A stretch of 64,000 bases of DNA from an uncultured Acidobacteriota bacterium (lineage in GTDB: Bacteria; Acidobacteriota; UBA6911). Numbering within the stretch: position 1 is the first letter of the stretch; every line of letters starts with the position of its first letter. The DNA lies in contig CAWEJX010000017.1 in the NCBI GenBank assembly GCA_963809485.1, forward strand, positions 106,395-170,394, given 5' to 3'. The position numbers and the translations under genes are program-made. Positions 48,944 to 59,131 of this stretch are shown here, in pieces. The notes under the pieces are model-generated. The model was not told where the DNA came from, did no database searches, and saw only the letters and a list, made by a program, of their open reading frames with translations.

Positions 48944-49036
48944 GGGGCACAGTCACGAATGTCCCCGATACGCTCGCCTTTTTCCTGCGTCTGAATTGGG
49001 GATCTGAATTGGGGACACTCGGGACTGTCCCCCCTT
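48942..49036. repeat. REP-like palindromic doublet (GGGACAGTCAC family), copy 2
   Basis: AAGGGGCACAGTCACGAATGTCCCC ... GGGGACACTCGGGACTGTCCCCCCTT, between convergent genes. Confidence 0.7.
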
Positions 49037-49809
49037 TACCCAAACATGCTGCTGGCTGCAGCGCCGATCACTGCAATAACGGCGTAAACGCCAGCAATCC
49101 AGATAGCGGCGGTCGACGTCTTCAATTTTCGGGAAACGGCCGAATAGCCGATCGCCAGCAGCGCGATGATCCATATGGCGAATATGTCCACATACCCGGC
49201 CAGTCGCATTAAAAATTTCGGCAAGGCATCCTCGCCCAAAATGCCGGCAAACACCGCTCCGAGGTTCGAGGCAACCAGGGAGTTTATGTTTGAAATGTCC
49301 ACCCCCCCGGAACCTTTAAGAGAAAGAATGAGCACAATCAGCGCATATTGGATAATCGAGACCGCAATCATGGCGTAGATCGTGACTGCAAAGACGGATT
49401 TGAACCTGTTTTCAGCCCCAATGAGGCTGCTGATCAGTTTGAACCCCGCCGCGACTAAAAGCGTCACGGCAAGGCTCCCAAAGGCGGCGAAGACGACCAT
49501 CTGTGTGCTCGCAAACTTCGATACCAGGGCTAATTGCTGTTCCATTTGTTCCTGAGTCATTCTGCCCGCGGCAACTGCCTCTTCCATACGTCCCGCCATC
49601 ATGGATTCCACATCCAGGTTTCTCGACAAATAAATGCCGGCCAGGGCACCGATGACAATCATTGCAATGATCGGTACAAGCACCTTCGGCGAAAGGCCGA
49701 TTTCCCGGAAGGTTTCCCGCGGGGAGAAATAGACTCCCGCGAGCCTGCTGAAAAAATTTTTCGATTCAGGCAATTCCGTTCCCGGCGCAGATTCACTCCT
49801 GGATTCCAT
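49036..49809 (-). CDS. Yip1-family membrane protein
   Basis: RLAGVYFSPRETF, five TM segments, DIF.IW. Confidence 0.8.
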   Translation of the reverse strand: MESRSESAPGTELPESKNFFSRLAGVYFSPRETFREIGLSPKVLVPIIAMIVIGALAGIYLSRNLDVESMMAGRMEEAVAAGRMTQEQMEQQLALVSKFASTQMVVFAAFGSLAVTLLVAAGFKLISSLIGAENRFKSVFAVTIYAMIAVSIIQYALIVLILSLKGSGGVDISNINSLVASNLGAVFAGILGEDALPKFLMRLAGYVDIFAIWIIALLAIGYSAVSRKLKTSTAAIWIAGVYAVIAVIGAAASSMFG

Positions 49810-50221
49810 CGTCGCAGCTCCCTTCTTCAGGTCTATGGACATGAATTTCAAAGAAAACGGTCTCAGTATACAGGATAGCCGACACTGTGATCCCCTGATT
49901 TGTTGGAATTCTAAGGACCAGAGACTTGGTAAGAAGTCAACAATTTACGGCAGAGCCGCCGAAGCAGGTAAGCGATATGAAATCCGGTCTAACGGAAATT
50001 CCGATTCATTTTGCTGCTTGATTTTGAGGGTTTGCTGTATCATGCCTGAAGCAGTATCCGGAAGTTGGAGCTATTTTGCATACGTGTTTATAGAAATGAT
50101 TCTTATTGCACAGGTACACCACGGCCCCACGGTGAGTCCGCAGCCATCCGACGATACATCTGTGGAGCGGCCGCCGGACGGCATTGCTACCCGTCAGGCC
50201 GACAATTAAGGAGGGCGCATC

Positions 50222-50944
50222 ATGGCTGATGAAGTCACCCAGAACGGTGAAGGAACCGGATTGGATCGCAGGAGCTTTCTGAAGAGCGCGGGCGTCGTTG
50301 TCGCCGGCGGCACGCTGGGAGCCGGCCTCTTGCCTGCTCCGCAGGCAGCGGCAGCCGAAGCCGCACCCACAACGCTGACGAATTTCCGATGCCCGATCGA
50401 CGGTAAGGATTTCAATACCTTCGCCGCCCTGCAAAAGCACTTTGGCGAGGCGCATCCCGGCGCCGTCATCCCGGTGACCACCAGGCTCAAGGTCAACGGA
50501 AAAGATTACGAAGTCCTGATCGAGCCGCACTGGACTCTGCAGCGCACGCTCCAGTTCAGGCTGGGTTTGACCGGCGCCAAGCAGATGTGCGACCGCGGCG
50601 TGTGCGGCTCCTGCACCGTCATCATCGACGGCAGGGCCGTTTTGTCCTGCACCACGCTCGCCGTCGAGTGCGAAGGCAAATCGATCGAGACAGTGGAGGG
50701 CATCGCCGCCAATCCCAAGTGGAAGCCGCTCATTCAGTCTTACTGCAAGTGGGATGCCATGCAATGCGGCTATTGCACGCCGGGATTCGTGGTTTCCGCC
50801 AAAGCCCTTCTGGACAAAAACCCCAATCCGAGCGAGAACGACTGCAAGCAGGCGCTCGCCGGCAATATCTGCTGTTGCGGAACCTACCCGAGGCATCCTA
50901 CTGCGATCATGGAAGCGGCGCAGGTGATGAAGGGAGGGGCATAG
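50222..50944 (+). CDS. Tat-exported 2x[2Fe-2S] subunit of the xanthine/aldehyde oxidoreductase family (PaoA/CoxS-like) with a Zn-finger-like insert
   Basis: DRRSFLK Tat motif; CDRGVCGSC...C and QCGYCTPG...GNICCCG. Confidence 0.9.
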   Translation: MADEVTQNGEGTGLDRRSFLKSAGVVVAGGTLGAGLLPAPQAAAAEAAPTTLTNFRCPIDGKDFNTFAALQKHFGEAHPGAVIPVTTRLKVNGKDYEVLIEPHWTLQRTLQFRLGLTGAKQMCDRGVCGSCTVIIDGRAVLSCTTLAVECEGKSIETVEGIAANPKWKPLIQSYCKWDAMQCGYCTPGFVVSAKALLDKNPNPSENDCKQALAGNICCCGTYPRHPTAIMEAAQVMKGGA

Positions 50945-50990
50945 CATTGCCGATCTCCAAAGGGCAAACGGGAAAAGAAGAAATTGACGG

Positions 50991-51150
50991 ATTTCCAGTT
51001 CAGAGTTTCCAGTTCCCGGTTGGATGTTTTAACTGGAAACTGGGAACTCATAAAGCGCTGGGCAAGGCATAAATAACGTTTCCGGTTTCCGGTTTCCCGT
51101 TTGGGATTTAAGGTTTTCAACGGGAAACGGGAAACGCTGAACGGGAAACG
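50991..51150. repeat. Heptamer-built intergenic hairpins (TTCCAGT/ACTGGAA and TTTCCGG/CGGGAAA)
   Basis: Direct 7-mer repeats followed by their reverse complements. Confidence 0.75.
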
Positions 51151-51165
51151 CCAAGGAGAGATGAG

Positions 51166-52116
51166 ATGAAAGCATTCAACCATACGAACGCAAAGACCCT
51201 GGCGGAAGCCAGAACCGCCCTCGCCGGCGGCAAAGCCAACCTGATTGCCGGCGGCACTGATCTGATCGGTACGCTCAAGGACAACATCCTTCCCGCCTAC
51301 CCCGCCACCCTGGTCAACATCAAGACCATCGTCCCTGGGCTCGACTACATCAAGGAGGAGGCGGGCATGCTCAAGGTCGGCGCCACCACGCGCCTGGCCG
51401 ACATCGCCTCCAGTCCCGTCGTCAATCAAAAGTACACAGCCCTCGCCCAGGCAGCTTCAAGGGTGGGCACTCCGCATGTCCGGGACATGGCCACCATCGG
51501 CGGCAACATCGCCCAATTGCACCGCTGCTGGTATTTCCGCAAGCCGGAGAACCGGTTCAACTGCATCCGCAAGGGCGGGACCACCTGCTTTGCCATGACG
51601 GGCGACAACCGATACCACTCGATCTTCGGCAACGTCAACCGCTGCATCGCCGTCCATCCCAGCGACGTGGCCCCCGCGCTCATCGCTCTGGACGCGAAAG
51701 TGGTCACCAACAAGCGCACGATCGATGCGGAGAATTTCTTTGACGTCAAGTTCCCGGGCAACACGGTCCTGGCCGTCGATGAGATCGTCACCGAGATCCG
51801 CGTCCCGGCTCCCCCGGCCGGAGCGAAGAGCGCCTTTATCAAGTTCGCCATCCGCAAGTCGATCGATTTCCCGATCGTCAACTGCGCCGTGAGGGTGGGC
51901 GGCGCGACGCCGCGCATCTGCCTCAACGCGGTCGCGCCCAAGCCCTACCGCGCGCTCAAGGCGGAGGCGGCCATCGCGGGTAAGCCCATCAATGATGCGA
52001 ATGCGGAGGCGGCGGGAGCGGCGGCCGTGGAAGACGCCAAACCGCTTCAGGCGACCAAGTACAAAGTCCAGCTGGCCAAAGTCATGGTCAAACGGGCCCT
52101 TCTGGCAACCGTCTGA
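51166..52116 (+). CDS. FAD-binding subunit (PaoB/CoxM-like) with a [4Fe-4S]-type Cys insert
   Basis: AGGTDL, ATIGGN, RCWYFR..C.RKGG..C....C, HPSD.APAL. Confidence 0.9.
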   Translation: MKAFNHTNAKTLAEARTALAGGKANLIAGGTDLIGTLKDNILPAYPATLVNIKTIVPGLDYIKEEAGMLKVGATTRLADIASSPVVNQKYTALAQAASRVGTPHVRDMATIGGNIAQLHRCWYFRKPENRFNCIRKGGTTCFAMTGDNRYHSIFGNVNRCIAVHPSDVAPALIALDAKVVTNKRTIDAENFFDVKFPGNTVLAVDEIVTEIRVPAPPAGAKSAFIKFAIRKSIDFPIVNCAVRVGGATPRICLNAVAPKPYRALKAEAAIAGKPINDANAEAAGAAAVEDAKPLQATKYKVQLAKVMVKRALLATV

Positions 52117-52259
52117 TCTGAGATTCCTGATTCGAGATTCGAGGTTGGCATCATTCAATCTCGAATCTCGAATCGTATTCTGTCGAGCCAATCTGCAAAA
52201 AACTGCTACTCTGCCGAACAGCCGCGAAGCACATGGAAGTCCGCAACCCCCAACAAAGA

Positions 52260-52645
52260 GTCAGGTACCTCCGGCAAAGCCGGAGGCTTGAAAGATTTGA
52301 ACCGCTCAAAGCGGTTGGAGGAGTTACGCCGGTCTTGAACGCTGACTTACGCGGGCAAAAGCCGATGAGGCGCTTCCGATCCCCGCAGGGGCCAGCGCTC
52401 CGCGCTGGTCAGTTTTCTGCGGCGGCACTGTGGCAAGCGCCGTGCGGCAAGGAGATGAAGGGTATGAGAAACCGGGCGTTTGCCACAGTGCCGCCGCAGA
52501 AAACTCCATCGGAAGCGCCTCATCGGCTTTTGCTCGCCGACCCTCGCCGAACAAATCGGCGTGTGTCAGCGCTTTTATCAGCGTTTCAAAATACGGAGCT
52601 GTCAAACCTTGTGAGTCTCCCAAAGAAGCGGGGGATTGCCAGTTT
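52260..52645 (-). mobile_element. Non-autonomous IS200/IS605-like element, copy C, with a nested long inverted-repeat insert
   Basis: Same ends as copies B and D; contains 26-bp and 31-bp nested inverted repeats. Confidence 0.75.
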
Positions 52646-52647
52646 AT

Positions 52648-53259
52648 TTAGCCAGGAATAGCCGCACCTGAGGCTTCATAAGTGGGTGTGAACATGATAT
52701 GCCCAAACATGATCGGCCGATCTACCCTTTTGAAATTTAGCGGGCAGTGAAAAACATTCTTCGGCACGAACACCCATGTGGTGGTGGTGATTAAGTGTTT
52801 TTCTCCCTCCTCGCCCATCACCAGTTCGACTTCAGCCCCGAAATCCTTGAAATTCATAGGATTGCCCCCGATGAAGTACAGAATTTCGGCGCAATTATGC
52901 CGGTGTCCATTGGGTATCATGACCATGGGTTTATAAATCGGGCGCAGGACTTGGGTAATCGGCTCATCCCAGTCCTTTACGGCGACTTCCTGCCCGATCC
53001 CTATGTATACCGGAGCATTGGGGTCCGGATTGCCCTTGCCTGGCAGTCCCCAGGGCTCTCTCAAGAAATATTTCCCGTACTTCGTGTCAGTCATTTCCAT
53101 CTCCTCCCGGTATTTTCCGTCAAAAGTATCGGTCGCCGCATTCGGCAATGGCGGAACGGCTCCGGCCATCCAGTTCAGGATTGAACTCGCAGCTGCAACA
53201 GCTGCGCCCCCCGTCGCTACTGCCTTCACAAAACTTCGCCTTGTCGAATTACACTTCAT
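52648..53259 (-). CDS. Hypothetical cupin-like protein with a possible Tat signal
   Basis: STRRSFVKAV..AAVAAA; HRH..AEILYFIG...HCP metal-binding-like pattern. Alternative internal start at MEMTD with its own RBS. Confidence 0.65.
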   Translation of the reverse strand: MKCNSTRRSFVKAVATGGAAVAAASSILNWMAGAVPPLPNAATDTFDGKYREEMEMTDTKYGKYFLREPWGLPGKGNPDPNAPVYIGIGQEVAVKDWDEPITQVLRPIYKPMVMIPNGHRHNCAEILYFIGGNPMNFKDFGAEVELVMGEEGEKHLITTTTWVFVPKNVFHCPLNFKRVDRPIMFGHIMFTPTYEASGAAIPG

Positions 53260-53489
53260 CTCTGCGGCTCCTGTCTGCTGCGGCCCTGGACGTTTTGGCA
53301 ATTATATCCAAACCAGGCTCGATTCATTGAGTACTAAAAATTCCTGGCAATACGTATTAAGCATGCGCCGCTGGAGAAGATATCCCTGCGAACCAACCTC
53401 GTTCTGGACGAAAAGCTTGTGGAATAAAATATCCTGCTGGAGAGCCGTCCTCATTAAAAAAAATGGCCGAAAGCTGACGTCCTGCGTGG

Positions 53490-55988
53490 CTATTTCCTTT
53501 TTATAGAAACAAAATCCAGCGCAGCCGTTTCCTCCCCGTCAGGTATCCCTTCAATGTGGATCCGGTCGCCCGGGCGGAGCTCAAGTCCCCTAATTCTCCG
53601 GCGGCTCGAGGAATCCCCGCCCGGCCTAGTTGCAGGCAGGCGGTTAAGCGCCGGCCATTCGTCTACAAGCTGATCCCCCACGAAAACCTGAAACCTGGAT
53701 TCCCCGTTGTTCTGGTCGAAATATTCGACGTCCATGTCATACCAGCCTGCCGCTCGATCGAAACGAAATTCTGCGGCGCATCCTTCCGACACACGGCATT
53801 CAATCCCTTTGCCGCCGGAAGAATTTTCCCAGGGGATGATTTCCATCGGCGCATAGCCGCGCAGCTGCATGGCTTCCGCCTCGATGCGATCCGGGTAAAT
53901 TCCCACCCGGCCGGACGCGTCCGGGATTTGCGACATTTTATGGAACCAGTTGCATATTGCGTCGCGCCAAACACGCGCGTGCCCTGCCTGGAACTCCAGC
54001 CGCGCCAGGATGCTTTCATAAAGCGGCGGATCGATACGGCCTTTTAACGATTCCCACTGAACCACATAGTCCTCCGCCCTTTCGGCGCCGTCATAGTGCG
54101 AGTCGTAGATATGCTGAATCACGGTCTTGCCCGAATGCAGACGGTGCGTGTAGGGCACATGATGGAAAAACAAAACCAGATTATCTGGGGTTGTTTCGAG
54201 CGACTCGTAAATCCTGGCTACGGCAGGGGCATATTGTCCGGTGAAGCCTGTCCCTGTAGCCACGGTGCGGTCCATGCCGATGCCCTTCTCGTCCGCGCGG
54301 TGCCACTGCCCCCAGCCGTTTCGTTCAGAAGCTTCCACCCCCGGCCCGAAATGACTTCCGAGAATGTCGGTTAGAGTCTGCGCGCCGAGAGGCCCCGTGT
54401 AGCTCTCGTAGGTTCGCCATGAGGTGAGCAGGATGGATGCGATCGTCTGCGCGACCGTTGGATCGGCGCCGAAAGTCATACGGATCCATTCATCCGCTAT
54501 CGTTTCGGCGCTCAAATCGGGATTCCATGCCAGGCGGCCGAATCCATAAAGGTTCGCCATGCCCATAGGGTGTCCCAGCCAGTCGGCGTCCGTGCCGACA
54601 TTGACCACTCCCACATAACCGCCCAGGGGTCGATGAAAGCTCTTCCCTGCCAGTATGTCTTTGACGGAAGTGCCGGGACCGTCTGCATGCAAATCAAAAC
54701 CCAGTATCTCTTTCCACGAAGGCATTAAAAAGCAGACGTGCTTCTGCTGGCCGGTATATTCCTGCATTACGGGCAATTCGACAGCGATGTTCGTCTTTCT
54801 TAATCCGCCGAAAATCGGTGAGACAGGCTCGCGCGCCTGAAAGTCTATCGGGCCGTGCTTGGCCTGCACGATGACATTGTCGTCGAATTTGCCGTCCAGC
54901 GGATGAAAGATGTCATAGGCGGCTCTTGCCCGGTCGTTTTTCGGATTGCGCCAATCCAGGTGATGGTCGTACACGAATGCCCGGTAAAAAAGGATGCCGC
55001 CGTGAGGCCTGAGCGCCCGGGCGAGCATGTTGGCTGCGTCCGCAGGCGTGCGTTCATAGGACGAGGGACCGAGCCGTCCCTCGGAATCAGCCTTGACCGT
55101 GAATCCTCCAAAGTCCGGGATATGTCTGTAGATCTCCCCGACCCTGCCCCGCCACCAGGCGGAGACACGGGGATCCGACGGATCGAAAGTATCAAGACCG
55201 CCGGCCTTTTGAGGGCTGCTCAAATCCACCGACACGGCCAGCTGGACGCCCCATGGACGGAAAGCATCCGCGATGCGCGCCAGTTGAGGGAGAAAGCCGT
55301 CCTGAATGACCCGGGGATTGGCATTGACGTTATTGACCGTGCAGCCGTGAATGCCGAGGGAGGCGAGCAGCCGGCCGTACTCGCTGACGCGAGTCAGATC
55401 CGCTCGGACATTATCATTATCGAAAAAGATGGAAGGGCCGCCGTAACCGCGCTCAATTGTGCCGTTCAGATTGTCCCATTGATTCACCCAGCGCACAGGA
55501 GCATAGGGCCGCTCTACTTGATTGATGGCGGAGATATCTTCCTCGCGCGCGATTTTGCCGAGCAGCGCAAAGACGCCATAAAGCACGCCGCGGTCGTTGG
55601 GAGATGCTATGACGAGATGGCGCAATCCGGCGATGCTTGGGGTCGCAAGCCAGAAGCCGTCTTTCGTCATTTCAGGCGGAGCCAGGGACGGCATGGCCGC
55701 CTTGATGGAAGCGACTGTGCCGAGAATGATCGCTCCTTCTTTCGGCACCTCTATTTCCGCCCTCAGCGTCCTGCCCAGCATGCCACGGATGCCGCGGATC
55801 GTCTCATCTCGTGCGCTACGGAGAAGGGCGGAATCGCCCAGAACGACAACGCCCGCGGGCATGGATTCATATCGGGCCCGCGCGGATTCCTTCAGCGGCG
55901 CATAGCGCAGCCAGGCTTCCCGTTCCGTCCCGGCATGCAGACAAACAGCGCAAATTCCCAATACTGCCAACCACAAACATTTTTTCAT
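53490..55988 (-). CDS. aguA: Exported alpha-glucuronidase (GH67) with an extra C-terminal beta-sandwich domain
   Basis: WLRY, WDNL..TIERGYGG, VKADSEG..GP, RAFVY, GPIDFQAREP, QEYTGQ, LFFHHVPY, WRDA. Confidence 0.92.
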   Translation of the reverse strand: MKKCLWLAVLGICAVCLHAGTEREAWLRYAPLKESARARYESMPAGVVVLGDSALLRSARDETIRGIRGMLGRTLRAEIEVPKEGAIILGTVASIKAAMPSLAPPEMTKDGFWLATPSIAGLRHLVIASPNDRGVLYGVFALLGKIAREEDISAINQVERPYAPVRWVNQWDNLNGTIERGYGGPSIFFDNDNVRADLTRVSEYGRLLASLGIHGCTVNNVNANPRVIQDGFLPQLARIADAFRPWGVQLAVSVDLSSPQKAGGLDTFDPSDPRVSAWWRGRVGEIYRHIPDFGGFTVKADSEGRLGPSSYERTPADAANMLARALRPHGGILFYRAFVYDHHLDWRNPKNDRARAAYDIFHPLDGKFDDNVIVQAKHGPIDFQAREPVSPIFGGLRKTNIAVELPVMQEYTGQQKHVCFLMPSWKEILGFDLHADGPGTSVKDILAGKSFHRPLGGYVGVVNVGTDADWLGHPMGMANLYGFGRLAWNPDLSAETIADEWIRMTFGADPTVAQTIASILLTSWRTYESYTGPLGAQTLTDILGSHFGPGVEASERNGWGQWHRADEKGIGMDRTVATGTGFTGQYAPAVARIYESLETTPDNLVLFFHHVPYTHRLHSGKTVIQHIYDSHYDGAERAEDYVVQWESLKGRIDPPLYESILARLEFQAGHARVWRDAICNWFHKMSQIPDASGRVGIYPDRIEAEAMQLRGYAPMEIIPWENSSGGKGIECRVSEGCAAEFRFDRAAGWYDMDVEYFDQNNGESRFQVFVGDQLVDEWPALNRLPATRPGGDSSSRRRIRGLELRPGDRIHIEGIPDGEETAALDFVSIKRK

Positions 55989-56124
55989 GGTGAATCCCGG
56001 CCTTTTGAGTCCTCCGAGTTTATAACACAAAGACTCCAGGACACCATGACTCAGAGCTGTATCCGCTGGTTTTGGATTTTTCGGAGTTCCCGTGGAAGCA
56101 GACGCGTCAGGCCACAGTTTGCGG

Positions 56125-56391
56125 TTAGAAAATGGCCTTCAGGATGAGGGCAACCGGCGCCAGAACAATCGCTGAAACCACCAGGATCGGGATAAGCACT
56201 GCAAGGATCGGAATTCCAACCGCGATCAGCAAAATCAGCAAGGGTATTCCAACGAGAATCCCGATCAGCAGCTTGATCAGACCCAGGCCAAGCTTGAACG
56301 GAAGCATGATCAGGCCCAGCAAAAGCTTCAGCAGAAGCAGGATGACTCCGATAGCCAGAATGGCAGCCAAAATCATTCCCAGCTCGATCAT
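56125..56391 (-). CDS. Small Leu/Ile-rich membrane protein
   Basis: 88-aa highly hydrophobic ORF with an LPFKL motif. Confidence 0.65.
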   Translation of the reverse strand: MIELGMILAAILAIGVILLLLKLLLGLIMLPFKLGLGLIKLLIGILVGIPLLILLIAVGIPILAVLIPILVVSAIVLAPVALILKAIF

Positions 56392-56628
56392 ACGCTTTCT
56401 CCCGGTTTCAAAGATTAATACGAAGAAACACAGGAACAGGTTCAGGGAATGATGCGCAACCGCCAAAGAAACAGAATGGGATCGGTGTTCGTCAGCGTTT
56501 TTTTGTCAGCGTGGGTCGGCGTTTCCAACTCCGGAACTGTCCAACTCCATCTGTCCCCCGACCGAGCCTGGGGTCTACCGATTGAATCAGCCTGTCAAAT
56601 TCGTGCTGATCCGTGGCCTGTTTTTGGG

Positions 56629-58419
56629 TCAGCGCTCATGAACGGAAAGAGCCTTTTTTCGAAGCCGGATGGACTTCGGAGTCACTTCCACCAGTTCATC
56701 CTCGTTGATGAATTCGAGCGCCTGTTCGAGCGAAAGGTCCCGGAATGGCACCAGGCGTATGGCTTCATCAGCCGTCGAGGCGCGCATGTTGGTGAGTTTT
56801 TTCTCCTTGGTAACGTTGACGTCCAGGTCCACGGTGCGCGCGTTTTCCCCAATGATCATTCCTTGGTAGACCTCGGTTCCGGGCTTGACGAAAAGCTCGC
56901 CCCGCTCCTGCAGGTTGTAAAGCGCGTAACTCGTGGCCATTCCGGCCCTGTCGGCAACCAGTGCGCCGGTAAGACGGTTGGCGATTTCGCCGGACCAGGG
57001 TCCCCAGCGAAGGAACATGGAATTGAATAAACCGGTCCCTTTGGTGTCCGTCAAAAATTCAGAGCGAAAGCCTATCAGCCCTCTTGAGGGGACCTCAAAA
57101 TCCATGCGCACACGCCCCGCGCCATGGTCGATCATCTTCATCATTTTCCCCTTGCGGCGGCCCAAGGCTTCGGTGACGACGCCGATAAAATTTGCCGGGC
57201 AATCAATCACGACCTGCTCGATCGGTTCCATAGTGACGCCGTCGACCGCACGGGTGATGACCTCGGGCTTGGAAACCTGCATCTCATATTCCTCGCGGCG
57301 CATCATCTCGATCAGGATCGCAAGCTGGAGCTCTCCCCGTCCCGAGACTTTGAAGCTCTCCATCTCGTCGGTCTCAGAAACCCTGATGGCGACATTGGCA
57401 AGAGCCTCCTTATCCAGACGCGCCCTGAGGTGGCGCGACGTCACATACTTCCCGTCGCGTCCCGACATCGGGGATGTATTGGCGTGAAAGATCATGGAAA
57501 TGGTCGGCTCGTCCACCTGGATCGTCGGCAGCGGGATTGGATCTTCAAAATCGGCAACGGTTTCTCCGATATAGATACCCTCAATGCCGGCAAGCGCGAT
57601 GATTTCCCCTGCCCTGGCTTCCGATACGGGCTGCTGTTTCAGGCCGTCAAATGTGAACAGTTTTGTGATGCGGGTCTTTTCCACGGAACCGTCAAGTTTG
57701 CAGACGGAGACATTGTCTCCTACGGCAACGCTGCCTGAAAAAATCCGCCCGATGGCTATACGGCCGACATAGTCGTTATAATCGAGGGTCGTGACCAGAA
57801 TTTGAAGCTTGTCGGGCAGAATCGACCTCGGGGCGGGGATGGTTTCGAGGATTTGCTCGAAAAGCGGGCGCAGATCTTCGGAATCGTCGTTCAAACTACG
57901 CTTGGCAATGCCCTTTTTGCTGACCGCATAGAGAATCGGGAAATCGATCTGATCTTCCCCTGCGTCCAGATCGATGAAGAGATCATAGATCTCGTTAACG
58001 ACTTCCTGCGGCCTGGCATCCGACCGGTCAATTTTATTGACTATGACAATGGCAGGAAGCTTCTCTTCGAGCGCCTTTCGCAACACGAAGCGGGTCTGCG
58101 GCAGAGGCCCTTCGGAGGCGTCCACCAGCAGCATCACCCCGTCCACCATCTTGAGCACCCGTTCCACCTCTCCGCCGAAATCGGAGTGCCCCGGGGTATC
58201 CACGATGTTGATCTTAACGTCGCGGTAGTGAATCGCCGTGTTTTTGGCCATGATGGTAATGCCCCGCTCCCGCTCGAGATCAAGGCTGTCCATGACCCGT
58301 TCGGTTAAGCGCTCATTGTCGCGAAACGTACCGCTCTGTCGAAGCATGGCATCCACAAGCGTGGTTTTGCCGTGGTCGACGTGGGCAATGATGGCAAGGT
58401 TGCGTATATCTTCTCTCAT
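56629..58419 (-). CDS. typA: Translational GTPase TypA/BipA
   Basis: [46 protein letters not shown]. Confidence 0.97.
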   Translation of the reverse strand: MREDIRNLAIIAHVDHGKTTLVDAMLRQSGTFRDNERLTERVMDSLDLERERGITIMAKNTAIHYRDVKINIVDTPGHSDFGGEVERVLKMVDGVMLLVDASEGPLPQTRFVLRKALEEKLPAIVIVNKIDRSDARPQEVVNEIYDLFIDLDAGEDQIDFPILYAVSKKGIAKRSLNDDSEDLRPLFEQILETIPAPRSILPDKLQILVTTLDYNDYVGRIAIGRIFSGSVAVGDNVSVCKLDGSVEKTRITKLFTFDGLKQQPVSEARAGEIIALAGIEGIYIGETVADFEDPIPLPTIQVDEPTISMIFHANTSPMSGRDGKYVTSRHLRARLDKEALANVAIRVSETDEMESFKVSGRGELQLAILIEMMRREEYEMQVSKPEVITRAVDGVTMEPIEQVVIDCPANFIGVVTEALGRRKGKMMKMIDHGAGRVRMDFEVPSRGLIGFRSEFLTDTKGTGLFNSMFLRWGPWSGEIANRLTGALVADRAGMATSYALYNLQERGELFVKPGTEVYQGMIIGENARTVDLDVNVTKEKKLTNMRASTADEAIRLVPFRDLSLEQALEFINEDELVEVTPKSIRLRKKALSVHER

Positions 58420-58492
58420 GGACGATTCTCCCATTCATCGAGGGAGCAGTAAGGGTACTGTCTGCGAGGGTGGCTGTCAAATCGGCACCCAA

Positions 58493-58715
58493 GTCAGGTA
58501 CCTCCGACAAAGCCGGAGGCAAGATTTGAACCGCTCAAAGCGGTTGGACTAGTTACGTCGGTCTTGAACGCCGACTTACGCGGGCAAAAGCCGATGAGGC
58601 GCTTTTGCTCGCCGAACAAATCGTTTGTCAGCGCTTTTATCAGCGTTTCTCAGCGTTTCAAAATACGGAGCTGTAAAACTCCTTGAGTCCCGGGGCAGAG
58701 CCGGGGGTTTACCAA
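58493..58715 (-). mobile_element. Non-autonomous IS200/IS605-like element, copy D
   Basis: GTCAGGTACCTCCGACAAAGCCGGAGG..AACCGCTCAAAGCGGTT ... GAGTCCCGGGGCAGAGCCGGGGGTTTACC. Confidence 0.75.
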
Positions 58716-59131
58716 GGCAATTAATGCATTTTTGCCTGTTTGTGTCTTCGAGTCCTGGAGGTTTTGGTGTATACTGCAACGCCGCGTTTAGCGGCGAATC
58801 TGCGGGCGAAGTTTAGGTTTACGGATCGCCGGGCTCATTAAGGAAGGGATCGGCGGCAACGGGCGGCCGAAGTGGCGAAGAAGCCCGGCCGGGTAGTTAA
58901 ATAGGTATGGGATAAATAATGATATCGGGTTTGATTTCCAAGTTCCTTTTTCCTGCAATCTATCAGCATTATTAGTTTTATAAGTTTTATAGAGTTAACA
59001 GCCAGTTCTTCATATTCGTCATAAATATGGTATCATTTTAAGGGATTACGGTGCTGCCGGAAGAGGACGTTTTCAGTGTCTCGACCGGTTAAGGGATGGG
59101 CTAATTTGCCCTGCCGGGAAATGGAGTAGCG

